From Chlamydiota bacterium (GTDB taxonomy: Bacteria > Chlamydiota > Chlamydiia > Chlamydiales > Rhabdochlamydiaceae), in the NCBI GenBank assembly GCA_013288075.1, contig JABDCQ010000002.1:32447-96446 (forward strand): 64,000 nt of DNA. Reading direction: 5' to 3'. The notes below the pieces were generated by a model, which was not told where the DNA came from, made no database searches, and saw only the letters and a program-made list of their open reading frames with translations. A program made the translations under genes and the position numbers. This document shows, one piece after another, positions 17,489-26,349 of the stretch (position 1 is the stretch's first letter; the number at the start of each line of letters is the position of its first letter).

Positions 17489-18271
17489 ATGAAACGCATC
17501 TTTACTTCACTTTCTTTGCTAGCAAGCACGATTTCAGGTGCTGTTAATGCTGAATGCTGCTCTGAACCTCTGGATTATTCTTTCTATATTAAGGTGGGCT
17601 CAGGGATCTCGTTTTCAGAGTCTGCTCATGTTGTTGCGCCTCCTCCAACATGGAATGAAGCCGTTCAAGGGTATAATGCAACACTTGGAAGCCCGGCAAT
17701 TGGGGCTTTTAGCATTGGCTGTGAGCTCATGCATTTAATGGATTTGGAAGTGAGTATTTCCAATCGCTCGACGTTTAAATATAGAAAATTTCAAACTCCT
17801 ACTGATGGGGGAGACTCTTACACAAGACAATTTGATCTTGATGTTACACCTATTCTCTTTTCGCTAAATCTTCTTGGAGCAGATATTCCTTATTTACATT
17901 GGGATATCGGCTGCAGCAAGATCTATCCGATGATAGGAGCCGGTGTTGGTGTTAGCCGTCTTTTAATCACAAATTTCAGAACAACGGGGCTGCCCCCTTC
18001 TGGGGATTCCTCTCCATTTGCAAGTTTTTCTGCCGAAAATGAGTACACACTGCGCAAAAATTTTACTTATACACTTCTTGCCGGCCTTGAGTACAATTAC
18101 AGTGATTATTGGGCCCTTGGAACAGGTTACCGCTTTTTTGATGCCGGTAATTTTAAGGGACCTCGATTTCAAAGAGTTGCTACAGGAGCTGCCGTTGATG
18201 TAGAGGGACAGGAATGGAGAATGCGTTTTAGAGCAAACGAATGGTTTATTGAATTTAAAATTTTCCTATAG
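17489..18271 (+). CDS. Outer-membrane beta-barrel protein (porin/OmpA-like)
   Basis: Signal peptide MKRIFTSLSLLASTISGAVNA. The sequence shows an alternating amphipathic pattern, is Gly/aromatic-rich, and has an aromatic-rich C-terminus EFKIFL. Confidence 0.55.
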   Translation: MKRIFTSLSLLASTISGAVNAECCSEPLDYSFYIKVGSGISFSESAHVVAPPPTWNEAVQGYNATLGSPAIGAFSIGCELMHLMDLEVSISNRSTFKYRKFQTPTDGGDSYTRQFDLDVTPILFSLNLLGADIPYLHWDIGCSKIYPMIGAGVGVSRLLITNFRTTGLPPSGDSSPFASFSAENEYTLRKNFTYTLLAGLEYNYSDYWALGTGYRFFDAGNFKGPRFQRVATGAAVDVEGQEWRMRFRANEWFIEFKIFL

Positions 18272-18332
18272 GATATTGAATGACGGAGGAATCAATGGCA
18301 TTATTGCATAATCTTAGCACAAGAATACATAG

Positions 18333-18496
18333 AGAGATAAAATTTTCCTCTCCTCTCTTTTTCTTCTCTGTGGTTTCTTTCCTCTGTGGTTTTATCTTTG
18401 GCTAACACTTGAGCTCACAAGAACTTGCATTTTTTTAAACCACAGAGGAAAGAAACCACAGAGAAGAAAAAGAGAGGAGAGATTTTATTCTCTCTG
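18333..18496. repeat. Family-A palindromic intergenic element, copy 3
   Basis: Arms CTTCTCTGTGGTTTCTTTCCTCTGTGGTTT and AAACCACAGAGGAAAGAAACCACAGAGAAG, with the loop ATCTTTGGCTAAC...CTTGCATTTTTTT. Confidence 0.85.
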
Positions 18497-18533
18497 TTAT
18501 TTTTCTTATTACGCAACAACACCGGAATCATCT

Positions 18534-20264
18534 ATGAAAATTAAATTTATTAGTCTTTTTTTGGTAACTTCTATAGTCAACCTTTTTGGCGATTCATCTC
18601 CTTATCGCTGCAAAATGTCTGGAAACGAGTTAGAGGCAGACATCATAGTAATAGGTGCTGGGGCGGCAGGCGGCATATTGATGAGCGAGCTCTCGGAAAA
18701 TGGTCTCTTTTCCGTATTAGGAATAGAGGGAGGCCTAAATCTAACAAGTGATCCAGCAATAGAGGCAGTGGGGCTTCCAGCGTTTTTGCTAGCAGGAACA
18801 GGAAAGGCCAAGTATTTTTGGCCAGGGTGGAACCAAACCCTACCGATGGCAGGGCTTAATGGACGAACAAGTGACTGGACAACAGGAATGATTCTTGGTG
18901 GTGGTTCATCAATTAACGGATTATATTATGGTCGTGGCTCGAACGCTGTGTACTCGCGTTGGGAACAAGTTTCAGGCAGCAGCAATTGGAGTTTGGATAA
19001 TATTCTGGAAACCTTCGAGGCTCTTGAGAGCTACCAAGGATTGACAATTACACCAGGAGCAAGGGGAGATAGCGGTGCTGTTAACGTGCTACAGACACCC
19101 ACGATATCGGAGGTAACAGCGGCAGTACTATTGCCCGCAACGCAGGCAGCGTTTCCTGGAATTCCAATAGTGACGGACTATAATGACCCGAGTGTGGAGA
19201 ATTGCATAGACCCTCGCTCTCAGTGGTTTATTGACCCTACGGGCACTAAACGGGTGAGCAGTGCAACAGCCTATTTAAATAGTTCGGTTATGACACCGGA
19301 GGGGCAAGGAGTTAACGGACACAAACTGTTTATGCTTTTTGATTCGGTAGCTGTAAAAATAATATTTGATAAGCACGGGTGCGCCAAAAAAGTAAGATAT
19401 ATGAAAGATGGCCAGCTTTTCGAAGCGAAAGCTCGGAAAGCCGTTGTTTTGGCAAGCGGCATCAATAGCAGTAAGTTGTTACAGCTTTCGGGTATAGGAC
19501 CGTCAGAAGCGCTAAAGAAGGCCGGGATCAAGCCTGTTTTTATTAATGAGAATGTAGGAAAACATCTCCAAAACCATCCGCTCATTTTTATTACAATGCT
19601 AGCAGATCCCGCACTTAGTGGTATCCCACCTGGAGCTCCGTATGCATTTACTATCCATAATGCCTACTTACCAGTACCGGGTGGTAGTGCTAGCGATCCA
19701 CGCATGCTACAGATTTTATTCGAATACATACCGACTAACCCTCCGTTAGTAACGATGGGATTTGATCTTTTGAATCCGGTTAGTGAGGGTAGTGTCACAA
19801 TCCAAAGCGATAATTCCTTTCAGATAGCCGCAGCGGACGACGGCTTTTACCAAAATCCTGTAGATCTCGCGAATATGAAAAGTGCCGTCTCGGTCTATAT
19901 CCGTGCTCTTTTAGATCAACTATTCATGATGTATCCATCCTTTCCGTTTTATTTTAGTCCTGTTTTAACTGATCCGATCAACTTAGTCAGGGCTGCTGGT
20001 TGGAGCGATGGAGCGGTTGAGCAGTACGTGAAAAATAATAGTAATCTTTCACTTGATATACACCACTTTGTATCGCACTGTAAAATGGCTCCTCTAAGCG
20101 CTGGAGGTGTGGTAGATGGCGACACACGTGTTTATGGCACAAAGAACGTCTTTGTAGCGGATAACTCAATCTGTCCGGTGATTCCTGATATTAATACTAC
20201 AGCACCGGCTATGATGATTGGATTGCGAACTAGCGAAATTCTAAAACGTATTTTGCGTAAATGA
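18534..20264 (+). CDS. GMC-family FAD oxidoreductase with an N-terminal signal-like leader
   Basis: DIIVIGAGAAGG (FAD-binding motif), GGGSSINGLYYGRG (GMC signature) and a C-terminal active-site region with HH...H. The leader is MKIKFISLFLVTSIVNLFG. Confidence 0.8.
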   Translation: MKIKFISLFLVTSIVNLFGDSSPYRCKMSGNELEADIIVIGAGAAGGILMSELSENGLFSVLGIEGGLNLTSDPAIEAVGLPAFLLAGTGKAKYFWPGWNQTLPMAGLNGRTSDWTTGMILGGGSSINGLYYGRGSNAVYSRWEQVSGSSNWSLDNILETFEALESYQGLTITPGARGDSGAVNVLQTPTISEVTAAVLLPATQAAFPGIPIVTDYNDPSVENCIDPRSQWFIDPTGTKRVSSATAYLNSSVMTPEGQGVNGHKLFMLFDSVAVKIIFDKHGCAKKVRYMKDGQLFEAKARKAVVLASGINSSKLLQLSGIGPSEALKKAGIKPVFINENVGKHLQNHPLIFITMLADPALSGIPPGAPYAFTIHNAYLPVPGGSASDPRMLQILFEYIPTNPPLVTMGFDLLNPVSEGSVTIQSDNSFQIAAADDGFYQNPVDLANMKSAVSVYIRALLDQLFMMYPSFPFYFSPVLTDPINLVRAAGWSDGAVEQYVKNNSNLSLDIHHFVSHCKMAPLSAGGVVDGDTRVYGTKNVFVADNSICPVIPDINTTAPAMMIGLRTSEILKRILRK

Positions 20265-20286
20265 AAAATAACAATGAGGTCATCAA

Positions 20287-20910
20287 ATGAAAAAAAATAT
20301 TCTGCTACTTTTAATGTCGCTCTTATTTTTCAAGGTCGCTGATGCAGAGGCTCAAGAATGCTATGCTGAAGAGGTCTGCTGTGATAACGAGACCAATATT
20401 TACGCTAAGGTTTTTAGCGGTGCAAATTTTTTGGAAAGTACTAAAATTAATGGAAATAAGGCCTCATATCAAACAGGGTATATTATTTCAGGCGCGATTG
20501 GTGTTGGCTCGTGTTATGGCCTTTCTTTAGAAGCTGAATATGCTTTTAGAAGAAATGGGATAAAAAACATCGATTTCTTTGGAGAAGGATCTTCTAATCA
20601 TGGACACTTCCAAAGTTCCTCGTATATGGCGAGCTTATTATGGGATTTATCTTCGTGGGGACGTTTATTTTGGAATATCGAGCCTTTTATTGGATGGGGG
20701 ATAGGCTATGATTTTGAGCAAATGCATTCCTCAAATTCCCGTGTTATTTTTAGCCAAAAGTGGCACCATTTTTCTTGGCAGGCGATGGCTGGGTTAGCCT
20801 ATCCGATCTTTTGCAATACAGAGATTACTTTGGAGTACAAATTCCATCAGGGAGGCCATTTCTATAGTAACTCCGTTGGAGCAGGTCTCGTATATAAAAT
20901 TGCCTTCTGA
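20287..20910 (+). CDS. Outer-membrane beta-barrel protein (small, OmpW/opacity-like size)
   Basis: Signal peptide MKKNILLLLMSLLFFKVADA. Beta-strand periodicity and a terminal YKIAF. Confidence 0.55.
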   Translation: MKKNILLLLMSLLFFKVADAEAQECYAEEVCCDNETNIYAKVFSGANFLESTKINGNKASYQTGYIISGAIGVGSCYGLSLEAEYAFRRNGIKNIDFFGEGSSNHGHFQSSSYMASLLWDLSSWGRLFWNIEPFIGWGIGYDFEQMHSSNSRVIFSQKWHHFSWQAMAGLAYPIFCNTEITLEYKFHQGGHFYSNSVGAGLVYKIAF

Positions 20911-21083
20911 AAGTACATGGCCGGACGTGGAAATTAGGGAGTATCTCCTCATTATTTAAGCCAGAGTCAACTTCTTAAGGCTCAAAGAGCCGTAATATTA
21001 CAGCTAGAGGTCGCAGCGTTAGCGGAGGCCTGGGTAGAAGACAAAATCAAAATTGAGCCCTGCAAGGGCATACGCGTAAACCT

Positions 21084-21300
21084 AAAAAGAAAAATAACAG
21101 GAGGACAGATGAAAAAGAATTTTTTTTCTTTCTTCTCTCTGTGTGCTCTGTGATCTCTGTGGTAAAAAATTATCGAGAGAACCTTGCATCTAACGTGTTA
21201 GCATATTTTTTTACCACAGAGATCACAGAGCACACAGAGAGAAGAAAGAACCCTTCTTTTCTTTTATCCTGTCCATCTTAATCCTGTTATTTTTCTTTTC
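21084..21300. repeat. Family-B palindromic intergenic element, copy 1 (core 21128-21250, with extended flanking arms)
   Basis: Core arms CTCTGTGTGCTCTGTGATCTCTGTGGTAAAAAA and TTTTTTTACCACAGAGATCACAGAGCACACAGAG. The outer flanks GAAAAATAACAGGA and TCCTGTTATTTTTC are also complementary. Confidence 0.85.
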
Positions 21301-21327
21301 TTGATCCGGATCGAGGAAGGAGTTGCA

Positions 21328-22332
21328 TTGAAAATAGTATTTTTATTTATTCATTTAATCATTACATGCGCCTGCTGCGCAGAAGAAATTACTCCGTATA
21401 AGTTTACAGATAGCTTGCCATATTACGAGGTACCGGCATCGGCGCGATTTACTGTCAATCGCTCCCTTATGCTCGCGCCCGATGTGATCAGCTATTTTAG
21501 TGCATCTAAATCAGATAACTATCCTATTGCCATTCTATGCGGTGGGTCATCTTCAGTAGAAGATGTTCAAAGCATCATTCATTTTCACCGCTATCTCTTG
21601 GAGGAATTTTTAGATTTGAATGTGGGTGTCATCACAATTGAGCAGCGCGGTATTGATGGCAATGAGGTGGATGTTAAGGAATTTATGGAGCACTACACAA
21701 GATCAAATCGATTAAGGGACCATCAAGTTGTTATCAAATACTTGCAAGACAATCCGCCTACGGGATGGAATGGGAAATTTCTATTTTTAGGCGTGTCTGA
21801 AGGAGGTCCTCTTGTAACATCACTGACTACAGAGTATGCTGATAGTACAATAGCTACCATAAATTGGTCAGGAGCAGCAGGCTTTTCATGGCGCGAAGAG
21901 CTTTGGCTTTTCCTGCAAAAATTACTTATCGACAATCCGGAGTGTCCGCATCAAGTTAAACTTGGAGACTGCTGTGTTTGTTTAGGGCATATTCGCTCGC
22001 AAGATCGATATGATGCATTTATGGATTCCCTTATTCTTGACCCCACTCCGATTCGTAACTTTTTAGGCATGACCTACAAATATCACGCGGATGCGATGCT
22101 CTATCCAAAGATAGATTATAAAAAAATACGAACACCATTTTTAGTAGTTAATGGAACTGAAGACCCCATCATTCAATCTAGCGATGCCTTTGTTGAAAAA
22201 GCGACACATTCAGGAGCAAACATCACATACTTGCGTATTGAAGGCATGGATCACTATGTGCGTAAAAGGCCTGATATTGTTCATCAATCCTTTGAATGGC
22301 TTAGGAGTCTTCTTACGGAAAATGTTCTATAG
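21328..22332 (+). CDS. Alpha/beta-hydrolase-fold protein (secreted?)
   Basis: Nucleophile elbow GVSEGG. A likely TTG start at 21328 follows GGAAGGA. The leader is hydrophobic (KIVFLFIHLIITCACCA). The track start at 21301 lies inside the repeat. Confidence 0.6.
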   Translation: MKIVFLFIHLIITCACCAEEITPYKFTDSLPYYEVPASARFTVNRSLMLAPDVISYFSASKSDNYPIAILCGGSSSVEDVQSIIHFHRYLLEEFLDLNVGVITIEQRGIDGNEVDVKEFMEHYTRSNRLRDHQVVIKYLQDNPPTGWNGKFLFLGVSEGGPLVTSLTTEYADSTIATINWSGAAGFSWREELWLFLQKLLIDNPECPHQVKLGDCCVCLGHIRSQDRYDAFMDSLILDPTPIRNFLGMTYKYHADAMLYPKIDYKKIRTPFLVVNGTEDPIIQSSDAFVEKATHSGANITYLRIEGMDHYVRKRPDIVHQSFEWLRSLLTENVL

Positions 22333-22334
22333 TC

Positions 22335-23405
22335 TTATGCTAGCTTAAGGGCGTCTTTTATAAAATCTAGATGGTTTTCAAAAGCATCTTTTGATTCGCT
22401 TAATGGGGTCGAATGATCCATATAAATTTCCATTGAGTTAAATACAGTGTTTTTATTTTTTAATGCCTTATAAAGGCTTGCCTGAAAGGGAATGATTTCA
22501 TCAATTTCGCTGTAAATGACCATTTTTTTGCCTTCAATTTTTTGGAAGTTTTTTACACTATTAAATTTCCATCCTGCAAGCCAAGCTATTATGCCTAAAA
22601 CAGTACCGATTACAGGCACATACGCATTTACGAGATCTATTAGGGTTCCAAACGAGCGCTCATTACAATGATGAACTTTCGGGTAGTTGGAAGCTACTTC
22701 TGTAGCTACGCCGCCACCGATTGAGTTTCCATAAATTAAGATATTCTCTTCCGGAACACCTTCTGATAGCAGTTTTTCAACCATCGCTTTCCCATCATAA
22801 ACCATGTCTTGAGTAGATTGGATTTTCTCCTTACTGCGCATTACACCCCGATAGTTGCCTGTATATATGTTTGCTCCTGTTTTTAGAGAGATTGTTTTTA
22901 AATCCTCAAGATGATACTCATAACAATCTGAATTCCCCCAGAAGTAAATAATCCATTTATCCGATTTGTCATTTTTAATTTTGACTGTATCAATCTCAAC
23001 GTTATCAATTGTTTTTATAGTAATCTGTTCTGTGGTATTATTGTTTATTAGAAATTCATTTCTGCCATCATGGATTCTATTAATTTCAGAAATTTGTCGA
23101 TTTAATTCATCTTTTTTGTCTTTTTGATCTTCTGATAATTTCTCTAATTTACGCTTTCTCCATTCAATGTCAAACATTGTAGTAGCTGGAAGCACAAACA
23201 TGGGAGCAATGGTTCGAACAGCTAATCGAATAAGCCCAATAGGAAAAATAATAATAGAGAGGATATTCCATGCTATTTGGCAAACTTTCTTGATCAGATC
23301 AGAGCAGCCCTCAGTCAAATGGATGATAAAAGTTTTTTCATCAATATAATTTTTTGCAACGCAAAATGTCGCTGGGGGTAAAGCATTTAAGGTTATCGTT
23401 GCCAT
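22335..23405 (-). CDS. Alpha/beta-hydrolase-fold protein with an N-terminal hydrophobic hairpin
   Basis: GNSIGGG nucleophile elbow. N-terminal hydrophobic stretch IAWNILSIIIFPIGLIRLAVRTIAPMFVLPA. Confidence 0.6.
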   Translation of the reverse strand: MATITLNALPPATFCVAKNYIDEKTFIIHLTEGCSDLIKKVCQIAWNILSIIIFPIGLIRLAVRTIAPMFVLPATTMFDIEWRKRKLEKLSEDQKDKKDELNRQISEINRIHDGRNEFLINNNTTEQITIKTIDNVEIDTVKIKNDKSDKWIIYFWGNSDCYEYHLEDLKTISLKTGANIYTGNYRGVMRSKEKIQSTQDMVYDGKAMVEKLLSEGVPEENILIYGNSIGGGVATEVASNYPKVHHCNERSFGTLIDLVNAYVPVIGTVLGIIAWLAGWKFNSVKNFQKIEGKKMVIYSEIDEIIPFQASLYKALKNKNTVFNSMEIYMDHSTPLSESKDAFENHLDFIKDALKLA

Positions 23406-23479
23406 TCTGGCCCTATTTTTTATGTTATCCTGGCATTATAGCATTTTATTGTTAAGATTCAATAAACAGGAGAAGGGGT

Positions 23480-23935
23480 CTAATGTATTGCGATGTAAAT
23501 TTTTACTTCTGGATTTTGCTCTGGATTAAAATCACTGCGATATACTTCAAAATCGCTTGTGTAGGATCGGGGTAAATTCGACTTCCATATGTTTTGCCAT
23601 GCAGCAATTAATCCTTGTGGAAACTCTCCTTGAGTTGTGAAAACAGCGTACCTGGATTCAGGGATTACTTTGCCTACAAGTCCTTCAGGCACCTGCTCCA
23701 AACTAGAAACTTCGCACCCAAGAATCCATGAATAGGGCTTTGTATAATCTCCTTCGTAGTCGGTATAAAGTGCGAGAATATCTCCATTGATCTTGTTTGG
23801 AATTTTCGAGAGAATGTTCTCTTTGAAAAATCTATCCTTGTGAGTGGGCATTGCCAAGGAGCATTCTTCATTATTAGTTCGCAATGCGAGTCCAATAAAA
23901 AACTTCTCTTTTTGATGTTCTATGATGTGGTTCAT
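23480..23935 (-). CDS. GyrI-like / AraC-effector-binding-domain small-molecule-binding protein
   Basis: GAGGAG precedes the internal ATG at 23935. MNHIIEHQKEKFFIGLALRT...YAVFTTQGEFPQGLIAAWQNIW...DFEVY matches the GyrI-like pattern. Confidence 0.65.
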   Translation of the reverse strand: MNHIIEHQKEKFFIGLALRTNNEECSLAMPTHKDRFFKENILSKIPNKINGDILALYTDYEGDYTKPYSWILGCEVSSLEQVPEGLVGKVIPESRYAVFTTQGEFPQGLIAAWQNIWKSNLPRSYTSDFEVYRSDFNPEQNPEVKIYIAIH

Positions 23936-24016
23936 GTCTACTCCTCGAATTTGAGTCTTTTGGTTTGCTCCCTCATCGCAATAACCCCATGAAAAAGCAA
24001 GGCCAAGAGCGAGAAG

Positions 24017-24205
24017 AAACAGGTTCTTGATTTTTTTTGCTACTTCGGCTGCTTCATATCCACCGATTTCGGTTTCTAGCTGAAAATGGGCATTTACAGC
24101 TTCAATGACGGGATGAGGAATTAGAGCAGCACCAGCATTGTTGAAATGTAGAACCTTAGTACAACCAGGAGTCTCTTTTCTAGCTCGAATAATATCTAGT
24201 GGCAT
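24017..24205 (-). pseudogene. N-terminal fragment of a class-V aminotransferase/cysteine-desulfurase-like gene, read in frame into the GyrI-like ORF
   Basis: RARKETPGCTKVLHFNNAGAALIPHPVIEAVNAHFQLETEIGGYEAA is a typical class-V N-terminus. The PLP domain is absent. Confidence 0.45.
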
Positions 24206-24231
24206 AGGTCAGCTCCATAGAGAATTGAAAA

Positions 24232-24285
24232 GTGGGGCAAGCTGGACTGGGGAACCCTTAGCGGGGTTATAAGTCCCTTTTCCTT
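24232..24285 (-). repeat. Degenerate copy of the 3' part of tRNA(CAT) (candidate old att remnant)
   Basis: GTGGGGCAAGCTGGACT is identical to the tRNA 3' end at 39463-39479. A decayed AGCGGGGTTATAAGTCC follows, compared with AGCGGGTTATGAGTCC in the tRNA. Confidence 0.6.
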
Positions 24286-24355
24286 CCACAAACCAGTATA
24301 ATTCACTTAGGTATACTTCGACAGGGTTTAAATATGAACCGAAATTTAGACGACA

Positions 24356-25360
24356 TCATATTTCCCTGAGTTTCTTGTATAAATATACCATTTTAAAATC
24401 GGGTCCATAGGTATTTAACTCGAATAAAGGTTCAAACCCATTTCTCTGATAGAAAGCGTAGGTCTTTATGTAATGGGGGTCCTTTTCAGCAGGGCTTAGT
24501 GTCTCAACAGTCATGGATGCACACTGCTTCTTTGAGCAGTAAGCCTCAGCATACTTCAAAAGAGAGCAACCTATTCCTTGACCCTGGTATTCTTTTTTGA
24601 CTGCCATCCAGTAAATATTAGCATTGTTAGGAAAAGGCATTTCTAAGGAGATCAATCCTACGTAAATCCCGTTGAGCTTCGCACCAAAAGTAAGTAGCTC
24701 CCTTACACCTTTTGCATAGCGTTCATTAGCCTGTTGAATGCCAAAATATTCAGGAAGAGAGAGTGTGAGCTCTCGGCATGCTTTTTCAGATTCGCTAGCA
24801 GCTAGCGGGTGAATGGTTAAATCCATTTGTCCGCCTCTATCACACGGACTTCCTTGAGAGGTGAATTTTAAAATAATCATGGGATGCGGTTTGGGTTTTG
24901 GGACCGTCTTAAGCGTTTTCTCAAATTGACCATGTGAATATCGGCTGACAATTCTATCCCAAAATTCTATTGCTGCTGTATTTTCTGGCATTTGAGAAGT
25001 TTCCCATACGCCAGGAAACAGGTTGAAGACTTGCTCTGCCACATAGCGCCCAACGCCTTTTCCTTGAAATTTAGAAACAATGAAAAATTCTCCAATGTTC
25101 CAATCTACATCTGGCGTGCTTCCTACTTTGTTGATTAATACAAAGCCCGCTAATTCGTCGTCCACTTTGATTAAAAATGCATGCCTGTCTGGGTTCTCAC
25201 AATAGGAGCTTAGATCTATACATTCAAATAGGCCATTGGATGGGGTTTCCCAAGTAGGTAAAAAGCCACAATATCTTGACATTTCATAAACGTAAAAGCG
25301 GCCGAGATTTTGGATGGTAGTCTTGTCTTCTTTAGTTGCTTTGGATAAGGTAATCTTCAT
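24356..25360 (-). CDS. Tandem-GNAT (two acetyltransferase domains) protein
   Basis: Two GNAT cores are present: FIVSKFQGKGVGRYVAEQV and MAVKKEYQGQGIGCSLLKYAE. The start at 25360 (MKITLSKAT) is chosen over the longer track ORF and is uncertain. Confidence 0.65.
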   Translation of the reverse strand: MKITLSKATKEDKTTIQNLGRFYVYEMSRYCGFLPTWETPSNGLFECIDLSSYCENPDRHAFLIKVDDELAGFVLINKVGSTPDVDWNIGEFFIVSKFQGKGVGRYVAEQVFNLFPGVWETSQMPENTAAIEFWDRIVSRYSHGQFEKTLKTVPKPKPHPMIILKFTSQGSPCDRGGQMDLTIHPLAASESEKACRELTLSLPEYFGIQQANERYAKGVRELLTFGAKLNGIYVGLISLEMPFPNNANIYWMAVKKEYQGQGIGCSLLKYAEAYCSKKQCASMTVETLSPAEKDPHYIKTYAFYQRNGFEPLFELNTYGPDFKMVYLYKKLREI

Positions 25361-25820
25361 TTTCTTCCTGGAAAGTTCTTTGCAATTAAAGCTATTAGTC
25401 AGCGGTCTGATCTTCTCAAACATAGGCTCCTTTAGTTTCCGATATCGGTCGCCTTCATGATTATACCCAAACAACCTCAAAAGTGATTCTAAACTAACAA
25501 TGAATAAGAACCGATTGCAAAATTTAGCGCATATGAATCCAATTACGTCCGTCTCTTCTTCATGTAGATGTAATAGGTTATCACCAACAATTTGCGATAA
25601 GCAAGGTAGAACTGATATCCAGCTTCGAGCTCAATTGTTAGATTCTTCAAAAATTAATTGGAAACAGCCGAGAAAACTTACGAAGAATACAGGAAAATCG
25701 AAGATAGGCTAGAGAGCTTGGGAGACTGTCCTCGAAAAGCGATCCGTCTTAAATCATTGAGATATGGGATGGCTCAACTTACATTAGAAATCACATGGTT
25801 AAAAGAAGGAATTTTAGAAT

Positions 25821-26240
25821 ATGTTCATTGTTAAACACACTGTAGAGACAAAAGCTACTCCCACACAGATTTGGAGCATTTGGCAAGACGTTGAAAATTG
25901 GAAAACCTGGGATGAGCAAATTGAATTAAGTCAAATTGATGGCCCATTTCAGACAGGCACTCACGGTTCTACCAAATTTATAGGAACCCCTCTTTTCAAG
26001 ACCTTACTAACACAGGTTGAGCCCTTAAAATTGGTGGTTCAAGAAGCCTATCTTTCTTTTGCAAAAGTTGTCAGTTATCAATCTATGAGGCAAGTGGATG
26101 ATAAAACAGAGGTCACTTTTCAAGTGGAGATTCGGGGGCCTTTATCATTTTTCTATGCCTGTATGCTTCGCCGATTTATCAAAAAGAAAATTCCTCCCGA
26201 GATGAAATTGATGCTTAAAAGAGTACATGCACTTGGATGA
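25821..26240 (+). CDS. SRPBCC (START/polyketide-cyclase-like) family protein
   Basis: 139 aa. The TPTQIWSIWQDVENWKTWDE N-terminal pattern is typical of SRPBCC proteins. Confidence 0.6.
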   Translation: MFIVKHTVETKATPTQIWSIWQDVENWKTWDEQIELSQIDGPFQTGTHGSTKFIGTPLFKTLLTQVEPLKLVVQEAYLSFAKVVSYQSMRQVDDKTEVTFQVEIRGPLSFFYACMLRRFIKKKIPPEMKLMLKRVHALG

Positions 26241-26349
26241 AAAAAGCGCGGATTTCTCCGAGCCTTTTGTTGAAATTAAGGAGGGATATTCAGAATTTAT
26301 CGAGAAGAAACTTCCTGTTTTTTCTCTATGAAACATCGAGTGTCGTAAA

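Noticed and set aside
21067-21085. GGCATACGCGTAAACCTAA, compared with GGCGTACGCATTAACCTAA at 49937-49955. Each sits just left of a different repeat element and was considered as a shared insertion target.
   Set aside because: The match is 16 of 19 positions in just two instances and is not seen beside the other five element copies. Chance similarity cannot be excluded.
25500-25712. Track ORF of 70 aa, and a different-frame peptide ...EEYRKIEDRLESLGDCPRKAIRLKSLRYGMAQLTLEITWLKEGILEYVHC ending at the SRPBCC start
   Set aside because: The ORF has no RBS and no recognisable family. The second peptive has no start codon and shows only a vague resemblance to a regulator C-terminus, which is insufficient evidence to call a gene or pseudogene.
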